Positions 23,617 to 34,038 of a stretch of DNA of 64,000 nt are shown here, in pieces. The position numbers were made by a program, and so were the translations under genes. The stretch is from the NCBI GenBank assembly GCA_012518215.1, contig JAAYSV010000024.1, positions 2,340 through 66,339 of the forward strand, in the 5' to 3' direction. This stretch comes from Bacillota bacterium. GTDB taxonomy: Bacteria > Bacillota > Dethiobacteria > DTU022 > PWGO01. A model generated the notes under the pieces. It saw only the letters and a program-made list of their open reading frames with translations, was not told the DNA's origin and did no database searches. The first letter of the stretch is position 1, and each line of letters opens with the position of its first letter.

Positions 23617-24015
23617 ACAGATAATCATCCTTTCAAACAGATGTTCTCCATACAAGAGTATTGCCTAGTATACCACAACGGCATTTCGCGAAATGAATTG
23701 CGGCCAAAAAATAAGGGCTTTCTCCCTGCAACCAGGAATCAATGCAGAAAGAACGGTGCCCGGCAATCTTTCCAAAATATAATGTACAAAGTATAACCCG
23801 ATACATTTGCTTCAAACAGCAGGTTCCCGGTTCATATATCGAGTAAAATATCTCGACCCCGGTTACGATTGCTTTTGAAAAGGACCTACTTTTGCAATAT
23901 ATGACGGCATTTGTATAAAATACTTTTGACAAAAGGTTGAACTCTCATGGACGATACACCCCGCAAGGGGCACATGGACAGAACCCCTCTATCAAATTGA
24001 TGGTAATATCCAAAA

Positions 24016-24111
24016 TCAGGTCCGGCCTTTCAATCTTTTTCTTTTTTTTGCTCTTCTCCTTTTTTTGCGCTGTCTCTTCAATTGTTTTCTGGATAATGTG
24101 GTCTTAGCTAT
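24016..24111 (-). CDS. 31-aa Lys/Arg-rich small protein with ATA start (absent from ORF track)
   Basis: TTGCTT-17-TAAAAT promoter (24182-24154), GGGAGGG 7 nt before ATA; (M)AKTTLSRKQLKRQRKKRRRAKKRKRLKGRT*. Confidence 0.6.
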   Translation of the reverse strand: MAKTTLSRKQLKRQRKKRRRAKKRKRLKGRT

Positions 24112-24402
24112 TGTAAAGCCCTCCCTTTGCAACTTCTTTCAAAGACAACATATATTTTAACCGCAAAATGGTATTAAAGCAACAATATTAACAAACTCGG
24201 CCATATCAACCTCTCTCCAAAAAATTGGAATACCCACACAAATTCAAACCATTTGTTTATTTGTGAAACCTCTGCCTCCGTCCGGGGGCCGCGGCCAACA
24301 CCCCGCTATAAAAGAGTGCAGGACTGACAGGGCGGGGTTCCCTGTCCCATCCCCGGCAAGATTCGGGATCAAAGGAGGATTCTACAAACTTGCTGCAGAA
24401 CT

Positions 24403-25170
24403 ATGCTAGGACCGGAAACAGCCACTTCCCGGCAAGATTCTGGTGTATTTCAAAGAATAGTAAAAGAGTCCTTTGCAGATATGTTCAAGAAAGAACTACA
24501 ACAGGGGTTGAAAGACGCATTTCCGATTGTTCTGGGATATCTCCCCTTGGGCTTTGCCTTCGGCATCATGGCCGGCGATGCAGGGCTTTCAGTTTTCCAG
24601 GCAGTCTCGATGTCAGCTCTCTGCCTCACCGGTGCCGGCCAATTCATTGCCATCGGAATGTTCAAGGCCGGTGGTTCAATTGTCGCTATCATCCTGACCA
24701 ATATCCTTGTCAATCTGCGTTATACACTTTTTGCCGCATCGACAGTGCCCTGCTTGAAAAACAGGATCCCTCCGGCAACGGCCACCATCCTCTCTTACGG
24801 TCTGACAGATGAGGTTTATGCCGTTTCGATGAACCGTTACCGGACACACCCGGCCACAACATCTTATCTGGCCGCACTCGTTTTTGCCGCCCATCTATCC
24901 TGGATATTGAGTACCCTGATCGGTGCGCTGGCTGGCACTCTCGTCGTTGATATCAGCAAGCTGGGAATGAATTTTATTCTTCCGGCAATGTATATATCTT
25001 TGCTGATCCTGATGATCAAAAAAAAATCAGATCTGTACACTGCCCTTGCAGCGGCTCTGATTGCTTTGCTGGTGGGGCACTTTGTACCCTCTGCCATGTC
25101 CAACAATTTCAATATCGTTGCCGCAACATTTATCGGCGCGACCCTGGGGGTAGTCTTGAGCCATGAATAA
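24403..25170 (+). CDS. azlC: AzlC-family branched-chain amino acid exporter permease
   Basis: PIVLGYLPLGFAFG, GAGQF, LVNLRY, LTDEVYA; start could be ATG 24481. Confidence 0.88.
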   Translation: MLGPETATSRQDSGVFQRIVKESFADMFKKELQQGLKDAFPIVLGYLPLGFAFGIMAGDAGLSVFQAVSMSALCLTGAGQFIAIGMFKAGGSIVAIILTNILVNLRYTLFAASTVPCLKNRIPPATATILSYGLTDEVYAVSMNRYRTHPATTSYLAALVFAAHLSWILSTLIGALAGTLVVDISKLGMNFILPAMYISLLILMIKKKSDLYTALAAALIALLVGHFVPSAMSNNFNIVAATFIGATLGVVLSHE

Positions 25171-25489
25171 CCTTTATGTATGGTTTCTTATTTTTGGCGT
25201 TTCGGCCGTCAGCATGGCGCCGCGGATCATCCCGGTGGCTCTCTTTTCACGATTTAAAATGCCGCCATGGCTCGAAAAATGGCTTTCATTTGTTGCGCCC
25301 GCTGTTCTTGGCGCCCTCACTTCCGTAAGCATCCTGGCACCCCGGGGCAAAATCGATCTTGGCACGGGCAATCTTTACATCTGGGCCTTTATCCCCACGC
25401 TGGCAGCAGGGTTGAAAACAAAAAGCCCCTTCATCACATTGGCCGTGGGTGCCATCTCCATGGCTCTGTTGATTTATTTTGCGGGATGA
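25163..25489 (+). CDS. azlD: AzlD domain protein
   Basis: PRIIP, LSFVAPAVLGAL; overlaps the azlC stop. Confidence 0.85.
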   Translation: MNNLYVWFLIFGVSAVSMAPRIIPVALFSRFKMPPWLEKWLSFVAPAVLGALTSVSILAPRGKIDLGTGNLYIWAFIPTLAAGLKTKSPFITLAVGAISMALLIYFAG

Positions 25490-25712
25490 CAAAAACTGCG
25501 ATGGATCATCCCTCGTATTCTCTCCAGGCCCTCTTCCTTGCATCAACCACCATTGCACAACACCATCCGCCCCGCTCTGTATTCCTCGCTGCCCCAAAGT
25601 ATGTTATCATGGATTGAGAAGGCAAATCCACGAACCGTACCCGGGGACATTGTTGAAATAATCACACCCCAAAAATGAAATAATAACAAATAAGCAAAGG
25701 GCAGATGAAATT

Positions 25713-27827
25713 ATGGCAAAAATGGATTTCATGTTCAACCCCAAAGAATTGGCAGTGGTCGGCGCTTCAAACACCCCCGGTAAAATTGGCCATGCTGTTT
25801 TGAAGAACATTATTGATAGCGGCTACAAGGGTACAATAGTACCACTCAACCCCGGGGAAAATGAGATACAGGGGCTAAAATGTTACAAATCAATCGGCGA
25901 ATACGGCCCGGTCGATCTGGCCATTCTCTGTATCCCGGAAAAGTTGGTAGCCGGTATTGCACGCGATTGCGGCGAAGCAGGTGTAAAAGGGCTCATCGTC
26001 ATCACTGCAGGTTTCAAAGAAACAGGACCGGAGGGACTTCAACGGGAGAGGGAACTGGTGCAGATATGCGAAAAATACAACATGTCCATGCTGGGGCCCA
26101 ACTGCGTTGGCCTCATAGATACGCACACCCCGTTGAATGCCTCCTTTGCTACAGGGAACCCCCCGCCCGGAAATATTTCATTCATCTCCCAGAGCGGTGC
26201 GATGCTCGTCTCCATTATCGACTGGAGTTTTTCTACCACCCTGGGGTTCTCCCGTTTCATCAGCCTCGGCAACAAGGCCAACCTGAGTGAAGTCGATTTT
26301 ATCGAAAGTTCGGTTGCCGACCCCAATACAAAAGTTATTCTATGCTATATAGAAGATGTCGTTGATGGCAAAAACTTCATCGATGTCGTGACCAGAGCCA
26401 GCATGGAGAAGCCGGTCATTATTCTAAAATCCGGAACCAGTGAATCAGGAGCCAAGGCGGCCAGCTCACACACAGGCGCCCTTGCGGGCAGCGATCAGGC
26501 CTACGATATTTCCTTTTTGCATAGCGGGGTCATTCGTGTCAAGAGAATGGAAGAACTCTTTGATCTGGCTGCCGCTTTCTCCATGTTGCCCCTCCCCGCC
26601 AATGACCGGATCGGCGTGGTAACCAACTCGGGCGGCCCGGGCATCATTACCGCCGATTGTGTTGAAAAATCCGGCTTGAGGATGGCTCGTTTTGACAAGA
26701 ACACCCTGGATATTCTCAGATCCGCACTCCCCAAGGAAGCAAGTATCTACAACCCCGTCGACATTCTAGGTGATGCGACGGTGGAACGCTATGAATTGGC
26801 ATTGGAAAAAGTCCTCGCCGACGAGAATACCGATAGCGCCATCCTGCTGCTGACCCCCACCGCGGTTACCGATCCCGAAGCTGTCGCTGATGCCGTGATC
26901 AAAGTCAGAAAGAAATTTGCCCACAAGCCCCTCTTCGCCATCCTCATGGGTGGAAAGACACTGGAAAAAGCAAAACAGAAGATAGCCAGCAACAACATAC
27001 CGGTCTACACTTTCCCGGAACCGGCAGTAAAAGCAATCAAGGGTATGGCCTCTTACACGAGATTCAAACAGGAATACAGGGAAAAAGAAGAAATGTTCAA
27101 ACCGGAAGGTGACCAGAATGCAGTTAAGGCCATATTCTATGATGTTCTGAAAGACAGGAGACTGGTACTGCTGGGAGACGAGACATCCCGCGTTGCTTCC
27201 GCCTATGGAATACCGGTCAGCCCCATCCTCAGAGCCCGAACAAAAGATGAAGCCATCAACATCAGTGAAAGGCTGGGTTATCCCGTGGCCATGAAAATAG
27301 CCTCCCATCATATCATTCACAAAACCGATGTCGGAGGAGTAAAATTGAACCTTTATAACAAAACAGAGGTTGGAAAAGCCTACGGGGACATGCTGAGACG
27401 TGTCAAACACTTTCTACCCGATGCACCCATCTACGGAGTGGAAATCCAGAAGATGGTTGGCGAGGGGATAGAACTCATCATTGGCATGACCAGGGACATC
27501 CAGTTTGGCCCCCTCATTGCCTTTGGTCTTGGTGGCATCTATGTAAACCTTATGGAAGACGTCGCTTTCAGCCTGGCAGCGGTTTTGAAGGATCCGGACG
27601 AGATCGAAAACCTGATTCGTAAAACCAAGGTATACTCCCTTCTGCGGGGATACAGGGGCAGCAAACCGGCAGACATCGCGGCGGTCGTGGATACCATTGC
27701 CAGGGTAGCTTCCCTGGCCATGGACTTCGAGGAAATCGTGGAGATGGATATCAACCCCCTGCGGGCGTTCAACAAAGGGGTTTCGGCACTGGATATAAAA
27801 ATAACGATCAATCCCCACTGGGATTGA
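25713..27827 (+). CDS. Acetate--CoA ligase (ADP-forming) family, fused alpha/beta
   Basis: VVGAS, LGPNCVG, SQSGA, SSHTGALAG (phospho-His), NPVD, HKTDVGGV ATP-grasp, DINPL. Confidence 0.92.
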   Translation: MAKMDFMFNPKELAVVGASNTPGKIGHAVLKNIIDSGYKGTIVPLNPGENEIQGLKCYKSIGEYGPVDLAILCIPEKLVAGIARDCGEAGVKGLIVITAGFKETGPEGLQRERELVQICEKYNMSMLGPNCVGLIDTHTPLNASFATGNPPPGNISFISQSGAMLVSIIDWSFSTTLGFSRFISLGNKANLSEVDFIESSVADPNTKVILCYIEDVVDGKNFIDVVTRASMEKPVIILKSGTSESGAKAASSHTGALAGSDQAYDISFLHSGVIRVKRMEELFDLAAAFSMLPLPANDRIGVVTNSGGPGIITADCVEKSGLRMARFDKNTLDILRSALPKEASIYNPVDILGDATVERYELALEKVLADENTDSAILLLTPTAVTDPEAVADAVIKVRKKFAHKPLFAILMGGKTLEKAKQKIASNNIPVYTFPEPAVKAIKGMASYTRFKQEYREKEEMFKPEGDQNAVKAIFYDVLKDRRLVLLGDETSRVASAYGIPVSPILRARTKDEAINISERLGYPVAMKIASHHIIHKTDVGGVKLNLYNKTEVGKAYGDMLRRVKHFLPDAPIYGVEIQKMVGEGIELIIGMTRDIQFGPLIAFGLGGIYVNLMEDVAFSLAAVLKDPDEIENLIRKTKVYSLLRGYRGSKPADIAAVVDTIARVASLAMDFEEIVEMDINPLRAFNKGVSALDIKITINPHWD

Positions 27828-27943
27828 TGATGTTGGCGGACATGTTTGTCTTGTTCAAACCTGCCCGCGGATAGCACATCGGGGTCCATCCGTAATGGGA
27901 ATGGATCAATGGAGCAAATACCATCAGAAAGGAGCCATTGTAG

Positions 27944-29008
27944 ATGCGCGCAATCTACCTTTCCGGAAGAGCCGGCAGCGGAAAAACGGCATTGGCTCTG
28001 CCTATTGCCCTGAAGATCAAAGAAGAGGGATACAGTGTATCCTATTTCAAACCACTTGGCACACACCGGGGGCCAACCAAACAGGTTGATGATGACAGCA
28101 AGTTCATGAAAGAAATATTGCAACTGAAACATTCAAGCAAGACCATATCGCCCCTTACCATTACCGAGTACTATCTCTCCTCGGAAAAATTGGAACGCGA
28201 GGAAGCCCTGCTGAAAGATCTGGATAGGTGCTTCGGTAAAGTATCTCATGGTACAGACGTTGTCCTCATAGAAGGCGGGATCACTCCTTTCATGGGAGGC
28301 AGCAATGCCATGGATGACTTCAACCTGGCCCTGCGTTGGAACGCTTCCATGCTACACATAATCAGGGCCGATGACGATTTCGAGTTTGACAATTCCTTGA
28401 TATACCTCGAATATGCACAAAAAATGGGCCTGCCTGCCCTCGGATGCATTTTCAACAACACCTCGGATGCACAGTGGAATGTCACTTCCGGCATCTACAG
28501 GGATATTGTTGAAAGAAAAAATGTAGAGGTGATCGGGATCATGCCGCGGCGCAGGGCCATTGCCGCCCCCACCGTCAACGAATTTCTTGATGTCCTTGGT
28601 GGTGAACTGCTGACCGAACGATCCGACCTGAACCGCCCGGTGGAAAACATCACCATAGGAACGATGACCCCCGAGAGTGCTTTGAGCTACCTGCGACGTT
28701 CCCCCAACAAGGCCGTGATCACCGGCGGGGACCGCATCGACATGGCCCTGTCGGCCCTGGAAACCAGCACTTCCGTGCTCATCCTCACCGGAGGCCTCTA
28801 CCCCGATCTGAAAGTTATCTTCCGAGCCGAGGAAAAAGGTGTACCCGTCGTTCTTGTTCATCAGGACACCTTTTCCACGGTGGAAAATTTGCATGACATT
28901 TGCCGGACCATCAACCCGAAAAATGAAGAGGCAATCCGCATCCTGAAAGAAGATGCTGCGCAGTTCATCGACTTCAGGCCGATCATGACATTGCTCAAAG
29001 AAAAATAA
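27944..29008 (+). CDS. Phosphotransacetylase N-terminal-like (BioD/AAA_26 + DRTGG) protein
   Basis: GSGKT, YFKP, VLIEG, ITGGDR, LILTGG. Confidence 0.85.
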   Translation: MRAIYLSGRAGSGKTALALPIALKIKEEGYSVSYFKPLGTHRGPTKQVDDDSKFMKEILQLKHSSKTISPLTITEYYLSSEKLEREEALLKDLDRCFGKVSHGTDVVLIEGGITPFMGGSNAMDDFNLALRWNASMLHIIRADDDFEFDNSLIYLEYAQKMGLPALGCIFNNTSDAQWNVTSGIYRDIVERKNVEVIGIMPRRRAIAAPTVNEFLDVLGGELLTERSDLNRPVENITIGTMTPESALSYLRRSPNKAVITGGDRIDMALSALETSTSVLILTGGLYPDLKVIFRAEEKGVPVVLVHQDTFSTVENLHDICRTINPKNEEAIRILKEDAAQFIDFRPIMTLLKEK

Positions 29009-29042
29009 AAGGGGAAATTAAAATCGGGGTTCAATCTTGCCT

Positions 29043-29073
29043 CATCGTGGAAGGGGTATCCCCTTCCACGATG
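29043..29073. terminator. 14-bp perfect hairpin after the acyl-CoA ligase operon
   Basis: CATCGTGGAAGGGG-TAT-CCCCTTCCACGATG; no clear U-tract. Confidence 0.55.
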
Positions 29074-29166
29074 GATACATGACCATTATTTTTTGCCGTT
29101 ACTGCTAGCTGCATTTCTTGATTATCAACGATAATTCAATTATAATATCATCAATAGAAAATACAT

Positions 29167-29242
29167 GCGCCTGTAGCTCAGGGGATAGAGCAATGGATTC
29201 CTAATCCATGTGTCGGGGGTTCAAGTCCTCCCAGGCGTACCA
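29167..29242 (+). tRNA. tRNA-Arg(CCT)
   Basis: GCGCCTGTAGCTCAG...ATGGA-TTCCTAA-TCCAT...GTTCAAGT...CCA; upstream TTGATT-17-TATAAT (29118-29146). Confidence 0.95.
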
Positions 29243-29668
29243 TTTCAAATGGAGGTCGCAAACGCTTGTGGCACAAGGGTTTACATGACTTCCATTTTTT
29301 TATGCACACGTCCCGGAAATGAGTATCGGATGCATTGTCCGTCACCCCTGGGCTTGGTTTTTCCGTATTTTTTGCCAAACTGTTGCGCAAGTTTTGCCAT
29401 TTTGAGGTTTTCCAAGAGGTCAACCATGCAGTGTTCATCGGCATCTACGGGATATTTTAGCCCCGTCGAAACAGCTTTTTCTTTGGTCAAATTTTCCAAA
29501 CTTTTGCCAAAAAGTTTGCGTATTTTCTGCAAATTTGGCAAATAATTGACGTTTTGACCGTTTTATGCCCGTTTTTGCATTTTTGTTGCAGACCAACAAT
29601 GCAGTGTTCATCGCTGTTTACAGCGTTTTTTCGGAAACGATCACATGGATTTTTAGTCCCATACTCAA

Positions 29669-29866
29669 TTACCGTCGATTGTAGTTCAGTAATTGAGTTA
29701 TTTTGGAACGTTTTGTGATCGGCGGTTCTCCGGATAATATATTGGCCTCGGCTGCCCCGGTTTGGTGTTCTGCATCGGGATGAATATAGACATCGGCCGT
29801 AAAACTGGTGCTGCTGTGACCCAGCCTGTCCGATACGATTTTAATGGGAATGTTGCTGTCTGCCAA
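29669..29866 (-). pseudogene. C-terminal remnant of a tyrosine integrase
   Basis: IPIKIVSDRLGHSSTSFTADVYIH carries the LGH...Y catalytic end of tyrosine recombinases; oriented toward the tRNA 3' end; rest of the gene missing. Confidence 0.8.
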
Positions 29867-29955
29867 CCTACATAGGCGTCCCCTATTGTAGCGCCAGTAT
29901 AGCTTCCTAGGTTTTTCTCAGAGAAGGTATATCCTTCTGCAAAAGCATCCATCTA

Positions 29956-30585
29956 TTATCCCTCCAAGAATTTCTGTAAACCATCAAGATACAAGGCCAT
30001 TGTCAAACATCTATACTGCTGTTCTCTAATCTCCTTACGTAACATGTTTGTAGCAACCGAGCTTGATGTAATAAGTCCTTTGGGGTGAGCTAAAAGTGGA
30101 TTATATTTATAAGGATAATTCGCAAACGTCCATTTTAAAGAATTAACAGCATTTGCAGTCAAATCTTCAAACTCTTGCTGGTAATTCTTGCTAAACTCTA
30201 AAAAGTCTTTATACTCATCCTTCTTAAGCAAAGAATCCTCCACATACATAACTGCTCTTTTACCAAGCCAGCCATATTTCATACCATATTTATTAAACAT
30301 GATATTGACATTTTTTCTCTGTTCATTAGCTTCCTTAAAATTCCCCATAAATAAGATATTGGTGTTAGATGTTATTTTAGGTAAAGTATCCTTATATTGC
30401 TTAGGAGTGTACATGACTGCCGAAATACTACCATCCTTTGTACCAATAACTTTCCCATCCTTATCATCATTCTGCCCGATTAATGCCATAAGGTAATTTG
30501 CATACTCTCTCGTCTTCACATCGTATACAATAATCAACGAGATTTTCTTATTCTGATTATCGAACATAACTATTTCCTCCCACAA
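29956..30585 (-). CDS. Hypothetical protein (AT-rich island)
   Basis: 209-aa ORF with GGGAGG RBS before an internal ATG; visibly AT-rich; no motif recognised. Confidence 0.7.
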   Translation of the reverse strand: MWEEIVMFDNQNKKISLIIVYDVKTREYANYLMALIGQNDDKDGKVIGTKDGSISAVMYTPKQYKDTLPKITSNTNILFMGNFKEANEQRKNVNIMFNKYGMKYGWLGKRAVMYVEDSLLKKDEYKDFLEFSKNYQQEFEDLTANAVNSLKWTFANYPYKYNPLLAHPKGLITSSSVATNMLRKEIREQQYRCLTMALYLDGLQKFLEG

Positions 30586-30708
30586 TTTTGATTTGTTTTG
30601 CTATCATATATTTTTTGCTTAATTTCCAGCATAACTTTCTTCATTACTCTGTTTCCAATTCCCTTTAATCACAATACCAATGCTTTGACATCTATATTTC
30701 TTTCTCTT

Positions 30709-31191
30709 CTACTTTTTGTCTTTTATTGCCTTTTGTAACCATGCACTTGTTCCTCCAACCAAAGCCATTTCAGGGATAATAACAGGAATTGTTGCTAACG
30801 CCGTAGCTAATCCAAGTGCTCCTACAGCACTCACAAATTCCTTCGACACATCCTTTCGTGTTGTTGTACCTGCTAAAATTGATGGAGTAAGCATATTTGC
30901 TTTAGCAAGTAATGCTTTTCTATCTGCACTGTTATATTTATCAGGGTTATCGATAAACACATCTAACAGGCACTTTAACATTTCTGTATCTTCTGGAAAT
31001 CCTACCATTTCAGCATCCAATACAGTTCTTATGGCAATATATTGAGTTTTATTCAATTTGTTTCTCTTTGCTTCAAGATTATTGATAGTTTGTCGAGTAA
31101 CACCAATTCGTTCACCAAACTCCTCTGCAGTCCAACCAGCAGCCCTACGAATTAAAAGCAAGTGTTCTTGTAATCTTTCTATTTCTTTCAT
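30709..31191 (-). CDS. XRE-family HTH protein with hydrophobic C-terminal tail
   Basis: LLLIRRAAGWTAEEFGERIGVTRQTINNLE; AAGGAGG RBS. Confidence 0.85.
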   Translation of the reverse strand: MKEIERLQEHLLLIRRAAGWTAEEFGERIGVTRQTINNLEAKRNKLNKTQYIAIRTVLDAEMVGFPEDTEMLKCLLDVFIDNPDKYNSADRKALLAKANMLTPSILAGTTTRKDVSKEFVSAVGALGLATALATIPVIIPEMALVGGTSAWLQKAIKDKK

Positions 31192-31269
31192 AATGCTACC
31201 TCCTTGTATATATCATATACCTGGACAAATATTTTGTCAAAAGTAAAATCATTTTTCACTCCCCCATAT

Positions 31270-31589
31270 ACGATGGCTTTGCCTGAAGCATACGGGCAGC
31301 GGCTGCGCAGCACCAACATTTTGGAGCGTTTGAATCAAGAAGTGCGCCGGCGAGAAAGGGTGATCCGTATTTTCCCCAACACGGATTCGGCTATGAGTTT
31401 GCTAGGAGCCCTGCTGATGGAACAAGATGAACTCCGGTCTACCGGAAGATTGTACTTCAAGATGGAGCAGTACCAAGGGCGGAAAGAAGAAAACCGTGGA
31501 AAAGGGAATGTCGAGACAAAAGATGATAAGGTGGCTTAGACAATGAAAAAAGTCCAGAGGGGAATTTAAACCACAAAATGGACTTGACC
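31270..31589 (+). mobile_element. IS256-family transposase 3' fragment with probable right end
   Basis: LRSTNILERLNQEVRRRERVIRIFPN IS256 C-terminal signature; followed by GAATTTAAACCACAAAATGGACTTGAC, resembling IS256-type ends. Confidence 0.8.
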
Positions 31590-31770
31590 TTTGTCATGGG
31601 CCCTGTCCGGCAAGAATTTGCACAAAACAACTATTCTATGCGCGCATCTTTTTCATTTTCAAGCAAGACTCCAAAATATTTAAAAGGCACCGGTCCTATT
31701 TTGCACTGTTCCCACATCGGGAAAAACCCTTCCATGGGCAAATCATATTTTTGCTTTGCGGCTTTGCGAT

Positions 31771-33513
31771 TCAGGGTTGGCGGCGCAGCATCCTGCCCGG
31801 GAGTGCCTCCCCGTTGAATCTGCCTTCCGACACCACGGATACGCCATTGATAAAGACATGATCGATACCCGTGGGGTGAATAGACGGGTTGTTAAAGGTT
31901 GCGGCTGTTCCGAGCCGCGGCAGGTCCATAACCACGATGTCCCCGTGGTATCCCTTCTTTATAGTGCCGCGTTCCCGTATGTTCATCGCCGCTGCAGGTA
32001 CGGAAGTGCATTTTTTTATGGCCTCCTCGATAGGAAGAAGCTTCTTCTGTTTCACGAAAAAATCGATGAACCGCGGGAAGCCGTCGTAGAAGACGTGTGA
32101 AGGCCTGCCCACGGGGCGCAGTATCGTATCGGTGGAAGGCATCGAGAGGGGGTGAGTAAACCCCGACCACATGGAGCGGAAGGCAAAGGGATCGTCCGGG
32201 CCGGTAGGCGTATGGAAAACCATGACCTGCCCCTTTTCCTCGATCAGCAGATCGCAGATAACGTCGAAGGCATGCTTCCCTTCTTTCTTCCCTATTTCGG
32301 GAAATGTTCTGCCTTCCATCCAGCGGTTGTGCTCGCTGGCCACAGCCATCACCCTGAGGCCGTTCCAGCCGGTTATCTTGAGATAATTGAAGGACCATGT
32401 AGCACCATCGCGATGTGGCCACACGGGTTCGACATTGTTGATATCTGAAAGCACCCTTCGGCGAAAAGAGCGGTCTTTCAAGCGTTCCAGAGCCTGTTGC
32501 CTGCTCCCTTCGAAAGCATAGGGTGGCAGGAAGGCAGTTAACTCCGTGAACCCCTGGGATGTGGGAACCATATCGAAGCTGACCTGAAGCCCCTCCTCCC
32601 GCTTCTTCTCGATAAGACTCAACTTGGATTCGAGCCCCTTTTCAATGGGGATGGGGATTTTCAGCCTATTGTACAGGAATGAACCTGCCTGTATAACCGC
32701 CTTGGTAATGGCCGTAAGGCCCCTGGTATACGGCTGCCAGTACAGGTGGGAAACCTGAACGGGGATCTCGCTGCGCTGCCCTACCTGGAAAACCTCGTCG
32801 AGGGCCTGATCCAATGTGTGGGAATAGCTGCGCAGGTGCGAGGTGAAGACCCCGCCATACTTTTTCAGCATCTTGCCGCAGCCAAGAAGTTCGTCAAGAT
32901 CACTCTGAAGGCCCGGAAAATACTGGAGGCCGGTGCTCATTCCGAAACATCCCATGGACAAGCATTCCTCGAGGTAACGCTCCAGAAATTTTTGTTCATC
33001 ACCGGTGAGCAATCGCGTTACCAGGCCGGAAGCAGCAATGCGCAATGTTCCATGCCCGGCAAGTATCCCGGCGTTCAGCAACATGCCTTTTTTCTCGACA
33101 TGCTCCATGTATTCCGCAGGCGTTTTCCAGCAGGCTGTTTTTTCCATGGACTGGCCGTTCAGTGTTTCAAGGTGAGCAAGTATATCCCCGCGCCTCTCGG
33201 GAAGGATGAAACTGCAGGAGAAACCGCAATTGCCTCCGATGAATGTGGTTACCCCCTGCATCACCAGGGGACTCAAAATCACGTTATGGTCATCCAGCGG
33301 AAGGACAAAATCGGCATGGGAATGGATATCGATAAAACCGGGCACCACCATTTTACCCTCGGCATCGACAACCGTCCCGGCGCTGGCATCACCCAGCTTG
33401 CCGATAGCAGCGATCTTTCCGTCCCGCAGTCCGATATCCGCCCTGTAACAGGGCTTGCCGGAACCGTCTGCTACGTTTCCATTCAAGATAAGTACGTCGA
33501 ACATGGCGATCAT
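31771..33513 (-). CDS. N-acyl-D-amino-acid deacylase family amidohydrolase
   Basis: PGFIDIHSH, GVTT..GGNCG, GMSTGLQY.PG, SHLRS, RGTIKKG..GDIVV. Confidence 0.9.
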   Translation of the reverse strand: MIAMFDVLILNGNVADGSGKPCYRADIGLRDGKIAAIGKLGDASAGTVVDAEGKMVVPGFIDIHSHADFVLPLDDHNVILSPLVMQGVTTFIGGNCGFSCSFILPERRGDILAHLETLNGQSMEKTACWKTPAEYMEHVEKKGMLLNAGILAGHGTLRIAASGLVTRLLTGDEQKFLERYLEECLSMGCFGMSTGLQYFPGLQSDLDELLGCGKMLKKYGGVFTSHLRSYSHTLDQALDEVFQVGQRSEIPVQVSHLYWQPYTRGLTAITKAVIQAGSFLYNRLKIPIPIEKGLESKLSLIEKKREEGLQVSFDMVPTSQGFTELTAFLPPYAFEGSRQQALERLKDRSFRRRVLSDINNVEPVWPHRDGATWSFNYLKITGWNGLRVMAVASEHNRWMEGRTFPEIGKKEGKHAFDVICDLLIEEKGQVMVFHTPTGPDDPFAFRSMWSGFTHPLSMPSTDTILRPVGRPSHVFYDGFPRFIDFFVKQKKLLPIEEAIKKCTSVPAAAMNIRERGTIKKGYHGDIVVMDLPRLGTAATFNNPSIHPTGIDHVFINGVSVVSEGRFNGEALPGRMLRRQP

Positions 33514-33967
33514 CCTTTGCTACATATTTTCTTCTTGTTCGGCATCAGCGATCTTTATTTTTTTCGGGATACATGGAATTCAGGGAAATGATCGGAACCC
33601 GCACCGTGTCTGCCTGCGGAAAGAATTTTCCCGCTGCCATCTGTCTGGCTGCAGGCGTAGTCCGCAAGGAAAGCAATTTGTTTTATGTAAAGTAATTATA
33701 ATAACATTCTGTCTCTGGTGTCAACCTGCATCACCCCTCCGACAGATAGGGGCAGGAGCAAGAAGTCTTGAACCATGCTCGGGGTAAAAAAGAATATAGA
33801 GAGGCAATACCGGAATCTTCCGGCCCGAGGCCATGAAAAGACCTGTGGGTGGTTATGTAAAGGATTGCCAAGCCGGGCGGTACCCGGCTCATTGGTAGCA
33901 GATCTTGCCATCAAGGAATCATTCGATGGTTCGCCCCTGGTTGAACCGAACAGCAAGGATGACAGAT

Positions 33968-34038
33968 TCAAACCATGAATGGCAGGGCAAGGTTGGGCGG
34001 ATGCAAAGAAGGCCGCCCAACCCCTGCTGCATGGTTCA
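33968..34038. terminator. Long imperfect hairpin at the 3' end of the enolase-family gene
   Basis: Nested inverted repeats AACCATG/CATGGTT, GCAGGG/CCCTGC, GTTGGGCGG/CCGCCCAAC. Confidence 0.45.

Noticed and set aside
24290..24400. SAM-I riboswitch upstream of azlC
   Set aside because: Only partial resemblance (AAGAG...GGACTG...CCCGGCAA); the conserved core and P1 pairing could not be built.
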